The notes beneath the pieces were generated by a model. That model worked only from the letters and a program-made list of their open reading frames with translations. It ran no database searches and was not told where the DNA came from. From Myxococcales bacterium (lineage in GTDB: Bacteria > Myxococcota > Myxococcia > Myxococcales > UBA5297), in assembly GCA_050942745.1 (NCBI GenBank), contig JBMNNX010000005.1:42-64041 (forward strand): a stretch of 64,000 nt of DNA, read 5' to 3'. Below, piece after piece: positions 37,292 through 46,102 of the stretch (position 1 is the stretch's first letter; each line of letters starts with the position of its first letter). The translations under genes were made by a program, and so were the position numbers.

Positions 37292-37320
37292 AGCGTAACG
37301 AAGCGAACGGAATTAATCAA
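37292..37320 (-). promoter_or_regulatory. Candidate sigma-70-type promoter upstream of rplC
   Basis: On the minus strand: TTGATT (37320-37315), a 17 nt spacer, then TACGCT (37297-37292). It lies in an AT-rich island (aattaatcaa) about 90 nt upstream of the rplC ATG. This is a sequence match only. Confidence 0.35.
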
Positions 37321-37369
37321 GCGCTCCCCCGGCCACGCGCCCGGCGCCCGAGCGGCGACGCGCCCTGCC

Positions 37370-38137
37370 CTACTTGGCGAGCTTGTCAAGCCGCGGATAG
37401 AAGACGACGAGCGCCGGGTCGGGGATCCTCGCCCTGTAGGCCTCCTCGCCGAGCAGCATGATCGCCTGTTCGTAGTACTGCTGGGCGGCTCTGACCTCCC
37501 TGTCCTTGGCCGCCGCGTCCTCGTTGAGCTCGCCGATGCGCTCGTTGTAGGCGTTGGTACGCTCCTCAAGCTGCTGCTCGAGGTCGATCTCCCGGCGGCG
37601 GGCGCGGATTCCCTCGGCGCCCGGCCCCGTCTCGGGGTTCATGACCTTGTCGTACTCGGCCTGCATCTCGTCGCACTCGCGGCTGCGCTTCATCACGTCG
37701 AGCTTGGCGCGCTTGATGCCGGCGCGAGCCCCTGCGGCCTTGTCGAGCATGCCGTCGGCTTCCCACTGTCGGATCTGCTCCTCGAGCTTCGCGAGCGCCT
37801 TGCGGGCTGCGGCGACGTCCTTTCGCTTGGAGATGAGCTTGGACTCGAGCGACTTTGCCTTCGCCTCGGCGATCGCCACGGCCTTCTTGTACCTCTCAAT
37901 CACCGGCCGGCACTCTTCGAACTCCTGCTCACAGGCCTGGCAAAACTCGTTGTAGGCAGCCTCCTCGGCGTCCATCGCCTCTTCGATCTCGGCCAGCTCG
38001 ATCTGCCGCTGCTCGTAGGCCTCGGCCGCTTTCAGCACCCGCTCGGTCCCACGCGGCGCGTCAGGCCGGTTCCAGAAACGCTCGTAGGCAGCATCCCCCA
38101 GGCTGTAGATGAGCTCTTCATAGCTTTCCCTAGCCAT
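37370..38137 (-). CDS. Coiled-coil hypothetical protein (255 aa)
   Basis: The translation is charged with heptad-like periodicity (QRQIELAEIEEAMDAEEAAYNEF..., KALAKLEEQIRQWEAD...). It is the only protein-like frame here. I recognise no family. Confidence 0.55.
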   Translation of the reverse strand: MARESYEELIYSLGDAAYERFWNRPDAPRGTERVLKAAEAYEQRQIELAEIEEAMDAEEAAYNEFCQACEQEFEECRPVIERYKKAVAIAEAKAKSLESKLISKRKDVAAARKALAKLEEQIRQWEADGMLDKAAGARAGIKRAKLDVMKRSRECDEMQAEYDKVMNPETGPGAEGIRARRREIDLEQQLEERTNAYNERIGELNEDAAAKDREVRAAQQYYEQAIMLLGEEAYRARIPDPALVVFYPRLDKLAK

Positions 38138-38512
38138 GCATCCCGTCTACACGCCGCTTCTTCGGACTGTCAAGAAGGCGAAAGGACGACGCGCCGGCGA
38201 GAAAGCGGCTCTTTACGAAGTGCCAACAAGCCTCAGGGCATCGGCCCGTCGGCTCACGAATCGACGAGCCGAAAAGGGCGCCCCGCGTGCGCCCCTCTTG
38301 ACGCAGACCTCCAGCGAGGCAACGGCTCTGAAGGCTGGCGCCCCTCGGCCCCGTGGCGAGGCCGCATGCCTCAAGCTGCAGTCGCCCGAGCGGCCGGTCT
38401 GGCTCGCGGGGCTTTCGAGAAGGACCGGGGGCCGCCTGCCGCGCGACGACAAAGACTCCGCAGCGGTCCGCCCCCCGACCGCGGCCGGCTGACGCGCCCT
38501 GGGGCGAAGCCC

Positions 38513-38968
38513 CTATGCCGGAGGGGCCATGAAGGAGCTCTCCCCCGCACTGCAGCGGGCGGCGAGCTCGTTCAGCTCGGCGGCGCGATCGAGCTCCTCG
38601 GCGCGGTTCAGCTCGCAGACCCAGGCGGCGGAAGGATCCATCGCGCGGCGGGCGAGGGTTGCCATGACCGCGTAGCGATCGGCCGAGCTCTTCGCGCGCG
38701 CTGCCTCCATTCGAGCTGCCTCGGCAAAGCTCTCGGGCATCTCGAGATCGTCCGGGGGCACGGGGAGCGGGCCACCGCCGATAGCGGCCATCCGCGCGAG
38801 CAGCCTCGAAGCGTGGGCCTGGCAACCGGCCGCCAAGGCCGCCAGGCGGGCGCGAATGCGGGCATCCGGGGCTCTGTCGGCGAGCTTTTCGAGCGCCAAC
38901 ACCCCGAGCATCTCGGCCTCCCACGCGGCCGCCAGCGACGCTGTCAGTCGATTCTTGAGGCCGCCCAT
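38513..38968 (-). CDS. Hypothetical helical protein (~151 aa)
   Basis: MGGLKNRLTASLAAAWEAEMLGVLALEKLADRAPDARIRARLAALAAGCQAHASRLL... is protein-like with GC-rich third positions. It competes with an Arg-rich shadow ORF at 38130..39161. The start is uncertain (38968 or 38998). Confidence 0.4.
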   Translation of the reverse strand: MGGLKNRLTASLAAAWEAEMLGVLALEKLADRAPDARIRARLAALAAGCQAHASRLLARMAAIGGGPLPVPPDDLEMPESFAEAARMEAARAKSSADRYAVMATLARRAMDPSAAWVCELNRAEELDRAAELNELAARCSAGESSFMAPPA

Positions 38969-39181
38969 CCGTTCCCCCCGCCGTTCGGCATGTCCCAAGA
39001 AGCCAGCCGGCCCCTGCTCGGGAACTCCACGGAACGAGTAGCCACGTCCCGCCCTTCGGACAAGGACCGACCGGGGGCGCGGACGGACGAGCGCGCCGCA
39101 AGAGGCGCCCCCACCCGCTGGCTGTCGCTGCTCTCGCGAAAGGTGGATCCGGCCGCCCCACCGAGCAAACGGCCTGCGGCG

Positions 39182-42088
39182 TCAGTAGGTCGCGGCGAGC
39201 TGCACGAGGAAGGTGCGGCCGTAGGTCGGCACGGTCGGCTGCGGCACGTCCAGGCTCGCCGGCAGCTGCGCCCGATCGTCGAGCAGGTTCTGCACCCCGG
39301 CGAAGTAGCGGAAGATGCCGCCGGGCAACTGGCCCGACAGCCCCGCGTTCAAGAAGAGCAGCTGGTCCGTCCTGTGACCGGGATCGTCGCGCGCCGCGCG
39401 CGGGCTGTTGTAGATGACCTCGGCCGAGCCGACCAGCATCGGAGCGTGGATGGGGAACATCGCGCGCACCGAGAAGGCGTGCTCGGGCGTGTTCGAGCGC
39501 AGGCGCGTCTCCTCCATCGGATCGTGGAGCCCCTCGAGCACCAGCCGCTGGTACCAGTATGAGGCCGACACCATCGAAAGCCGCGCCGGCTGCCAGCGCA
39601 GCTCGAGCTCGGCGCCCTCGGTGCGCACGTTGCCGGAGGCGTTGCTGTACTGCAAGAGCCCGGTAGCCGGGTCCTCCCTGGTGGAGATGAGGTCGCTGAT
39701 GCGGTTGACGAAGATTGAGGCGGTCACCTTGAACTCGTCGCCGATCTCCTGCGCGTGCTCGAGCTCGGCGGTGAGGATCACCTCGGGGCGCAGGTTCTCG
39801 CTCGGGATCTGCGTCTCGTAGACGAGCACGCCGCTCTCCGGGTCGAGCACTCCGTCGTGGTAGAAGCGCTCGAACGCCGAGGGCGCGCGGAACGAGCGGC
39901 CGCCCATCAGCTTGGTGACGGCTCCGCTGAACGGCTTGAGGATGAACGCAAGGCGCGGGTTGACGGTCAGCCCGAAGCTGCCGAAGTAGTTGTCGGCGCG
40001 GGCGCTCGCGTTGATGAGCAGCCAGTCGCCAATCTGCAGCTCGTCGGCGATATAGGCCGAGGCGACGTGGAACGCGCGGTCGTCGTCGAGGCCTCCTTGC
40101 AGATAGACCTTCTGAAGGATGCTCAGCTGGCGCTGGTACTCGAGGCCGACTGTCAGGTGCTGGCCGAGCAGCTTCGGAGTCCGATAGCGCGCTTCGCCAC
40201 CGACCCAGTCGGCGGCACCGCGCTCGACCATCGGGCCGTCCTCGTACATGTAGCGGCCCCGATAGCGCGTCGCGTCGTAGTAGGCGCGCGCGGCGAAGGC
40301 CGAGCCCTCCTCGCCCGCCCGCTCGTAGCGCGCCTCGGCGAAGCCTCGCTGGTCGATGATGCGAGTTCCCGGCTTGTCGAGCACCGTGTCGAAGGCGCCG
40401 GTGGGGATGTCTTTCGAGCGGCTGTTGATGCTCCCGAGGATGAGCAAATTCTTGTATCGGGCGCGGGCGGTGGCGTTGACCGCCAGCTCGCCGTCGCGGT
40501 CCCGGACCAGCGTCTCGGCCCCGCCGGGCTTGAGCGCCGGGACGACGAAGATGCTGTCGCCCTTCGCGTCGAGCACGCCGACCGAGACCACCGAGTCGAA
40601 GCCCTCGCCCTTGGTTCCGGCGGTCGCGCGCGCGCGCGTCAGCCCCAGCGAGCCGGCAGCCGCCGAGCCCTCGACCGTCCTCTCGCCGAGGTGGTGGCGC
40701 GGGACGATATTGATGACCCCGAAGAAGGCGGCCGAACCGAACAGCGAGGAGACCGGGCCGCGCACGACCTCGATGCGCTCGACCTCGTTCAGGTCGATGT
40801 TGTTCTCGCGGCCGACGTAGGCCTGGCCCGCGTAGATGTCGTTCATCGGGTGCCCGTCGAAGAGCACCAGGATCCGGCTGTTGAGATCGCCCAGCGGCGA
40901 GAAGCCTCGGATCCCCACGGTCTCGTACTGCCGATCGTTCGAGAGGAACATGCCGCGCACCCCGCGCAGCACCTCGGGCAGCGAGGTGTAGCCGAAGGCG
41001 AGGATCTCCTCGCGGCTGATCACGGTGACCGACGCGGGCGCCTCCTCGATGCTCGTCTCCGTCTTCGAGGCCGCGGTCGTCTTCGTGCCTCCGAAGCGCA
41101 AGTCGGCCTTCACCCAGGTGCGCGCGCCCTCTTCGACCGTCACATCCTTCTCGAACGGCCGCATGTCGATCATCGTCACCGCGACGCGGTGCTTGCCGAC
41201 CGACACCGGGATGACCGCGGGCGTGAAGCCCGACTCCTTCCCGTCGACCACGACGAGCGCGCCCTCATGGTTGGCGGTGACCACCAACGTCCCGGTCGGC
41301 GGCGGAAGCTCGGGGAGGGCGACCGTGACCTGCACGCTCTTCTCGCCCTCGACCTCGACCGGCACCTGCGTCGGGACACAGCCGGGCGCCGAGACGTGGA
41401 GGATGCGGCGGCCTGGCTTGAGGCGAAGGGTCCCCGGGACGCGCCCCTCCGGCTCGCCGTCCGCGCGGTCGACGCGCACCTCGGCGCCCTCGGGCGAGCC
41501 CGTCAGCTCGACCTGGCCGTAGATGAACTCGAGCGGCACCTTGACCTCCACGGTGCGCCCGGTCGTCAGAATCACCTGGTGCTCAGCGTCGCGGTAGCCC
41601 TTCAGCGAGAGGAAGACGTCGGTCTTGCCGGGCTTGAGCGCGAGGGTCTTGGGCGCGACCCCGCGCGAGCCCAGGTCCTTGCGCTCGACGAAGATCTCGG
41701 CGCCGGGAGGGTCGGAGACCACGCGCACCAGCGCCAGCCGCGGGGCGAGCCGCTTGAGGCTCTGCTCGACGATCTGCCTGTCCTCCTCGGTCGGGTCCTC
41801 GGCGAGCACGTCGTCGTAGTAGCGGTACGCCTCTTCATAGCGGCGCAGCTGCTCGTAGCAGCGGGCGATGTTGAGGATGACGTTGCGGTTCTTGACCAGC
41901 CGGTTGGAGCCAAAGAACTGGACAAGCGCGTCCTCGAAGCGCCTCGCCCGGTAGAAATCGACGCCCCGCTTGAACAGCAGGTCCGCCTCGTCGGCGGTGT
42001 TGTCGGCCGAGGCGAAAAGAGGCGTCAGGCCGCACAAGAGGACAAGCGCGAACGCCAACCAACGGGTCAACGAGGTCTTGCCACGCAT
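39182..42088 (-). CDS. TonB-dependent outer-membrane receptor with N-terminal TPR plus three PEGA domains (968 aa)
   Basis: A signal peptide is followed by TPR-like FKRGVDFYRARRFEDALVQFF...CYEQLRRYEEAYRYYDDVL. PEGA modules are VVSDPPGAEIFV, LTGSPEGAEVRV and VTANHEGALVVV. The plug region is EAPASVTVISREEILAFGYTSLPEVLRGVRGM...IEVVRGPVSSLFGSAAFFGVINIV, followed by a long barrel ending GRTFLVQLAATY. Confidence 0.85.
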   Translation of the reverse strand: MRGKTSLTRWLAFALVLLCGLTPLFASADNTADEADLLFKRGVDFYRARRFEDALVQFFGSNRLVKNRNVILNIARCYEQLRRYEEAYRYYDDVLAEDPTEEDRQIVEQSLKRLAPRLALVRVVSDPPGAEIFVERKDLGSRGVAPKTLALKPGKTDVFLSLKGYRDAEHQVILTTGRTVEVKVPLEFIYGQVELTGSPEGAEVRVDRADGEPEGRVPGTLRLKPGRRILHVSAPGCVPTQVPVEVEGEKSVQVTVALPELPPPTGTLVVTANHEGALVVVDGKESGFTPAVIPVSVGKHRVAVTMIDMRPFEKDVTVEEGARTWVKADLRFGGTKTTAASKTETSIEEAPASVTVISREEILAFGYTSLPEVLRGVRGMFLSNDRQYETVGIRGFSPLGDLNSRILVLFDGHPMNDIYAGQAYVGRENNIDLNEVERIEVVRGPVSSLFGSAAFFGVINIVPRHHLGERTVEGSAAAGSLGLTRARATAGTKGEGFDSVVSVGVLDAKGDSIFVVPALKPGGAETLVRDRDGELAVNATARARYKNLLILGSINSRSKDIPTGAFDTVLDKPGTRIIDQRGFAEARYERAGEEGSAFAARAYYDATRYRGRYMYEDGPMVERGAADWVGGEARYRTPKLLGQHLTVGLEYQRQLSILQKVYLQGGLDDDRAFHVASAYIADELQIGDWLLINASARADNYFGSFGLTVNPRLAFILKPFSGAVTKLMGGRSFRAPSAFERFYHDGVLDPESGVLVYETQIPSENLRPEVILTAELEHAQEIGDEFKVTASIFVNRISDLISTREDPATGLLQYSNASGNVRTEGAELELRWQPARLSMVSASYWYQRLVLEGLHDPMEETRLRSNTPEHAFSVRAMFPIHAPMLVGSAEVIYNSPRAARDDPGHRTDQLLFLNAGLSGQLPGGIFRYFAGVQNLLDDRAQLPASLDVPQPTVPTYGRTFLVQLAATY

Positions 42089-42135
42089 AGCGATTCTCGT
42101 GTCGATGGCGGCGCCGGGGCCGGCGCCGCGGGGTT

Positions 42136-43851
42136 TCAGCGCCCGATCTTGATGTCGAGCCCATCGCTCCTGCGGCCCGACATCTTCTTGAGCGGCACCT
42201 CGACCGTCTCGTCCGCGCCCTGTCCGACCTCGCGCGTCACCGGGCGGTAACCAGTCAGCCGCAGCTCCAGCATCGCCTTAGCGTCGGATCGGGGCCGCGT
42301 GATCGTCACCGGCGTCTTGCCCACGGCCTCGCCATCGAGCAGCACCGTGGCGCCCGGAGGCGTTGACTTGAAGGTGAGCTCGACCTCGGCCACGGCCGCC
42401 GGCTGCTCGCCGGCGTCGATCTTCTCGAGCGCCCACTCGAAGCTCTGCGCGCCGGCGGCCTGGATGACCCGGCTCCTCGGCACATACCCCTCGAGGATCG
42501 CTTCGACCTTCACCTGCTCGCCGGTTGGCAGCGGATGTCCCTCGAGCGGCGTGGTGCCCACGGGCTTGCCGTTGACGAGCACGCTCGCCCCCGGAGGCGT
42601 CGTGCGCAGCGAGAGCGAAGCGATCGCCGGGCGCACGTTGGCGACCGGCGCCGCCTGCTCCACCGGCTTGGGCCACAGCGTGACGGCGAGCCCGGCGACC
42701 AGGCCGAGCACCGCGAGGCCAGCGACTATCGGGATGACGGGCGATTTCTTCGGCGCCGGCGCCGCACCGCCCGAGTCCTGAGTGTAGGCCGGCGCCGGGC
42801 CGGAACCGGATTGGCGGTCTCCGGGTCGCGCGCGGACCGTGCCGCCCGGGTTGAGGGGCGAGCGGCGGAAGATGGCCGACGGAGTGCCCTCGAAGTCGCT
42901 GAAGGGCTTGCCCTCGGCCCGCTCGGCGGCGAGCCGATCTGCGTAGAGGTCCTGCATGAAGGCCGCGAGGTGTGCCGAGGAGCCGGACTGGCGCGTCTCG
43001 ACCGCCCACTCCTCGAGCGCGAGGCGAAAGGCCTGGGCGTCCTGGTAGCGCTTTTCAGGGTCGGGCTCGAGCGCTTTCATGATCACCGACTCGAGCAGCG
43101 GATCGACCTGCGGGTTTATCTGCGAGGGCGCCATGATCTCGCAGTCGGTGACCGCGCGAAGCGTCGAGATCTCGGTGTCGCGCTTGAACAGCCGCACCGA
43201 AGTCGCCATCTCGTAGAGCACCACGCCGAGCGCGAAGATGTCCGAGCGGCGGTCGATCTCCATGCCCTTCGCCTGCTCAGGGCTCATGTACGAGTACTTG
43301 CCCTTGAGCGTGCCGGTCGCGGTGCGCGACATGCGGCCGGCCGCCTTGGCGACGCCGAAATCGATGAGCTTCACCGCCCCGTCGAAGGTGACGAGGATGT
43401 TCTGCGGCGAGACGTCGCGGTGCACGAGGTTGAGCGGTCGGTTGTTCGCGTCGACCGCCTTGTGGGCGTAGTCGAGCCCGGCGCCGGCGTCGGCGGCGAT
43501 GCGCACCGCGAGCGGCAGCGGCACGAACTTCTCTTTCGCGCGCGCGGTCTTCCACAGGCGCACCACGTCGTCGCCGTGGATGTATTCCATGGCGATGAAG
43601 TAGGCCCCGTCGACCTCGCCAAGATCGTAGATCTGCCCGATGTTCGGGTGATTGAGCCGCGCGGCGATGCGCGCCTCGTCCAAGAACATCGTGGTGAACT
43701 CCTCGTCCTCAGCCAGGTGCGGCAGGAGCACCTTGACGACGAGGAGCTTCTCGAAGCCCTCGAGCCCTGCCTGCCGGGCAAGGAAGACCTCGCCCATGCC
43801 TCCCGCGGCGATGCGTTTGAGCAGCTCGTAGCGGCCAAAAGGAATGCCCAT
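42136..43851 (-). CDS. Receptor-type Ser/Thr protein kinase with two PEGA ectodomain modules (571 aa)
   Basis: Kinase blocks MGIPFGRYELLKRIAAGGMGEVFLA, HRDVSPQNILVT and DFGVAKA. TM helix VIPIVAGLAVLGLVAGLAVTLW. PEGA modules LRTTPPGASVLVNGKPVG and FKSTPPGATVLLDGEAVG. Its stop lies 47 nt upstream of the receptor gene. Confidence 0.9.
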   Translation of the reverse strand: MGIPFGRYELLKRIAAGGMGEVFLARQAGLEGFEKLLVVKVLLPHLAEDEEFTTMFLDEARIAARLNHPNIGQIYDLGEVDGAYFIAMEYIHGDDVVRLWKTARAKEKFVPLPLAVRIAADAGAGLDYAHKAVDANNRPLNLVHRDVSPQNILVTFDGAVKLIDFGVAKAAGRMSRTATGTLKGKYSYMSPEQAKGMEIDRRSDIFALGVVLYEMATSVRLFKRDTEISTLRAVTDCEIMAPSQINPQVDPLLESVIMKALEPDPEKRYQDAQAFRLALEEWAVETRQSGSSAHLAAFMQDLYADRLAAERAEGKPFSDFEGTPSAIFRRSPLNPGGTVRARPGDRQSGSGPAPAYTQDSGGAAPAPKKSPVIPIVAGLAVLGLVAGLAVTLWPKPVEQAAPVANVRPAIASLSLRTTPPGASVLVNGKPVGTTPLEGHPLPTGEQVKVEAILEGYVPRSRVIQAAGAQSFEWALEKIDAGEQPAAVAEVELTFKSTPPGATVLLDGEAVGKTPVTITRPRSDAKAMLELRLTGYRPVTREVGQGADETVEVPLKKMSGRRSDGLDIKIGR

Positions 43852-44019
43852 GGTGGCTCTCTGCCTGCCTTGTCGTGAGGCGCCCCGCGAAGCCCACTCG
43901 GGCCAGCGGATCCGCGTTTTCTGGCGTGTCGCGGAGGGCCTTGAGACCGAGCGCCCGTTAGACTTTCGACGCTCCGCCGCGCCGTGTCAACGCGGCTGGT
44001 GCCATCGAGCCCGTTCCAA

Positions 44020-45126
44020 TCAATCCCCCGAGCCACCCGCGATCTGCGCGAAACCGTTCGCGTACCAGGAGCTGCCGGCCAGCCGCCAGGCCTTCTCCAG
44101 CTCGGCGGCGAGCAGCCGGCGGGCCTCCGGGTCGCCTCGAGCGACGCCGAAGGCCAGGTGCAGCACCCAACGGCCGCCCGGCAGGTCGCCGCCGAGCCCG
44201 CGGCGGCGGGCGAAGTCGATCGCCTCGCGCGGCTCGAGGGTCAGCTCGCCCCCCGGCCGCGTCTCGAGCCTCCGCTCGAGAAAGGCCTTCGCGGCCGACT
44301 GGCGGAAGTCCGGCGGAATCTCCCTGGCGTGTTCGCGAAGCCAGCACACACCGGCCAGCGGCTTGAACGGCTCGAACAGCTCCCAGGTGTCCTCGCTCGG
44401 CTCCTCGAGCCGGTAGGGAGCGGCCTGCAGGTTGGGCTCGAGCCGCTGGATGGCCGCCGCGAGGCTCCGGGCCGCGCGACCCGTCTCGCCCCGCGCGATG
44501 AAAAGCTCGGCCGCCTGTTCGAGCAACCCCGAAGCGAACGGAGCCGCCGCGAGCGCCGGCGCGAGGCGCTCGCGCGCGGCGGCCGGCTCGGCCAGGTCGC
44601 GCGCGAGCAGCGAGCAGGCCCAAGGGGACGAGGGATCGTAGGCCGCCAGCGCGGCGGCGATGGCGCCGCTGTCGAGCTCGACCGACTGCCCGAGCACGGG
44701 CTCGAGCCCGAAAGCCGCGGCGAGCGCCCCGGCGGCCTCGCGGGTATCGGCGGCCAGCGAGCCGGCCATCGGCAGCCGGGCCTGGGCCTGGCGCAGCAGC
44801 AGCAGCCAGGCGGCGAAGCCGCGCACCGAGGAGCAGAACGGCGCGTAGGCCCCGGTCTCGACGTTGACCGCGCAGACGACCGAGGCCGCGGCCGCGGGCC
44901 CGGGCGGGACGTAGAGCGCGAAGAGGTCGAGCGAGCCCTCCTCCGCTATCGGCAGCAGCGCGGGCGAGAGGTCGGCGCGCCACCGCCCCGCCGCCACCTC
45001 CGCAGGCGAGAGCAGGCGCACGGTGCCGAGGTCGGCGCCCTCGGGGAGCGCCCGGTAGAGCTCGGCGAGCTGGGCCGGCAGCGCCAGCCCGAGCTCGCGG
45101 CAAAGGGTGAAGAGGGGCTTGCTCAT
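44020..45126 (-). CDS. Hypothetical protein (368 aa), weak SMI1/KNR4 (SUKH)-like N-terminus
   Basis: I trimmed the track ORF to the ATG at 45126 (MSKPLFTLCRELGLALPAQLAELYRALPEG...). The longer track ORF runs antisense through divIVA. The C-terminal half is helical. The family call is tentative. Confidence 0.5.
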   Translation of the reverse strand: MSKPLFTLCRELGLALPAQLAELYRALPEGADLGTVRLLSPAEVAAGRWRADLSPALLPIAEEGSLDLFALYVPPGPAAAASVVCAVNVETGAYAPFCSSVRGFAAWLLLLRQAQARLPMAGSLAADTREAAGALAAAFGLEPVLGQSVELDSGAIAAALAAYDPSSPWACSLLARDLAEPAAARERLAPALAAAPFASGLLEQAAELFIARGETGRAARSLAAAIQRLEPNLQAAPYRLEEPSEDTWELFEPFKPLAGVCWLREHAREIPPDFRQSAAKAFLERRLETRPGGELTLEPREAIDFARRRGLGGDLPGGRWVLHLAFGVARGDPEARRLLAAELEKAWRLAGSSWYANGFAQIAGGSGD

Positions 45127-45234
45127 CGCCTTCTTGGCTTTCTCGCCGGACTTCCGAGCGCCCGAGCCGTCCGCGGGTCGCCCGCGTCCGGCTTTTTCGG
45201 CCCGCGTCCGGCGCGGACTATACTGTCTGCCGTC

Positions 45235-45744
45235 ATGAAGATCACCGCGCTCGACATTCGCCAGAAGCAGTTCAAGTCTGCCCTGCGGGGCTACGATCAA
45301 CGCGAGGTCGAAGCGTTCCTCGACCTGGTGGCGAGCGAGTTCGAGGAAGTCGTCAAGGAGAACATCGCGCTCAAGGAGGACCTGCGGCGCAAGCAGCAGA
45401 AGATCGACGAGTACCGCGAGCGCGAGAAGACCCTGCAGGAGACGATGGTCACCGCGCAGAAAATCTCCGAGGACATGAAGGCGGCGGCCAAGAAGGAGGC
45501 CGAGCTCATCATCGCGGACGCCGAGCTGCAGGCCGAGAAGATCGTCGCCGACGCAAACAACAAGCTCGTCGGCATCATCGACGACATCAACGAGCTCAAG
45601 CGCCAGCGCGCGCAGTTCGAGACCCAGGTCAAGAGCATCGTCGAGGGCCACCTCAAGCTGCTCGAGGTCTTCCGCTCGAGCGAGCCGCACGTGCGGGTCG
45701 AGGAGAACGTCACCTTCCTCGCCGCGAAAAAGACCGCCGAGTAG
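45235..45744 (+). CDS. divIVA: DivIVA-family cell-division/polarity protein (169 aa)
   Basis: The canonical DivIVA N-terminal lipid-binding domain MKITALDIRQKQFKSALRGYDQREVEAFLDLVASEFEEV is followed by a coiled coil. The ATG is at 45235, within the long track ORF 43984..45744. Confidence 0.85.
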   Translation: MKITALDIRQKQFKSALRGYDQREVEAFLDLVASEFEEVVKENIALKEDLRRKQQKIDEYREREKTLQETMVTAQKISEDMKAAAKKEAELIIADAELQAEKIVADANNKLVGIIDDINELKRQRAQFETQVKSIVEGHLKLLEVFRSSEPHVRVEENVTFLAAKKTAE

Positions 45745-45799
45745 CGGCCCGCCGGCGCTCGGCTTGCGCTCAGCGACGTCGCCTCGTTAGTGATCCCGC

Positions 45800-46102
45800 A
45801 TGAGCCTGGCCTACCTGACAGCGACCGCCACCGGAGTCGAGATCGCCATCCACGCCCAGCCGCGCGCGTCGCGCTCGCGGCTGGTGGGCGAGCACGACGG
45901 GCGGCTGAAGGTCCAGCTCGCCGCACCGCCGGTCGACGGCGAGGCCAACGACGCGCTCGTCGAATTGATCGCCCGCGTGCTCGGCGTGGCGCGCCGTCAG
46001 GTCGCGCTCGCCGCAGGGCAGTCCGGGCGCCGCAAGCTCGTGCGCGTCGAAGGCGTCGGGCTCGACCAGGCCGCCGAGGCCATCCGCAAGGCGCTGGCTT
46101 GA
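45800..46102 (+). CDS. DUF167/YggU-family protein (100 aa)
   Basis: GRLKVQLAAPPVDGEANDALVELIARVLGVARRQVALAAGQSGRRKLVRVEG matches the YggU signature. This family commonly neighbours divIVA. Confidence 0.8.
   Translation: MSLAYLTATATGVEIAIHAQPRASRSRLVGEHDGRLKVQLAAPPVDGEANDALVELIARVLGVARRQVALAAGQSGRRKLVRVEGVGLDQAAEAIRKALA

Noticed and set aside
38501-38513. A GGGGC-gaa-GCCCC hairpin abutting the stop codon of the 38513..38968 ORF, considered as a terminator.
   Set aside because: The stem is only 5 bp, the loop is 3 nt, and no U-tract follows. It is too weak to call.
38130-39161. A 343 aa minus-strand ORF spanning the region between the coiled-coil gene and the TonB-dependent receptor gene.
   Set aside because: It is extremely Arg/Gly/Pro-rich (GGRVGGRDARGVGARKARRQSPG...). 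The alternative frame at 38513..38968 gives a helical, protein-like sequence, so I report only that one, at low confidence.
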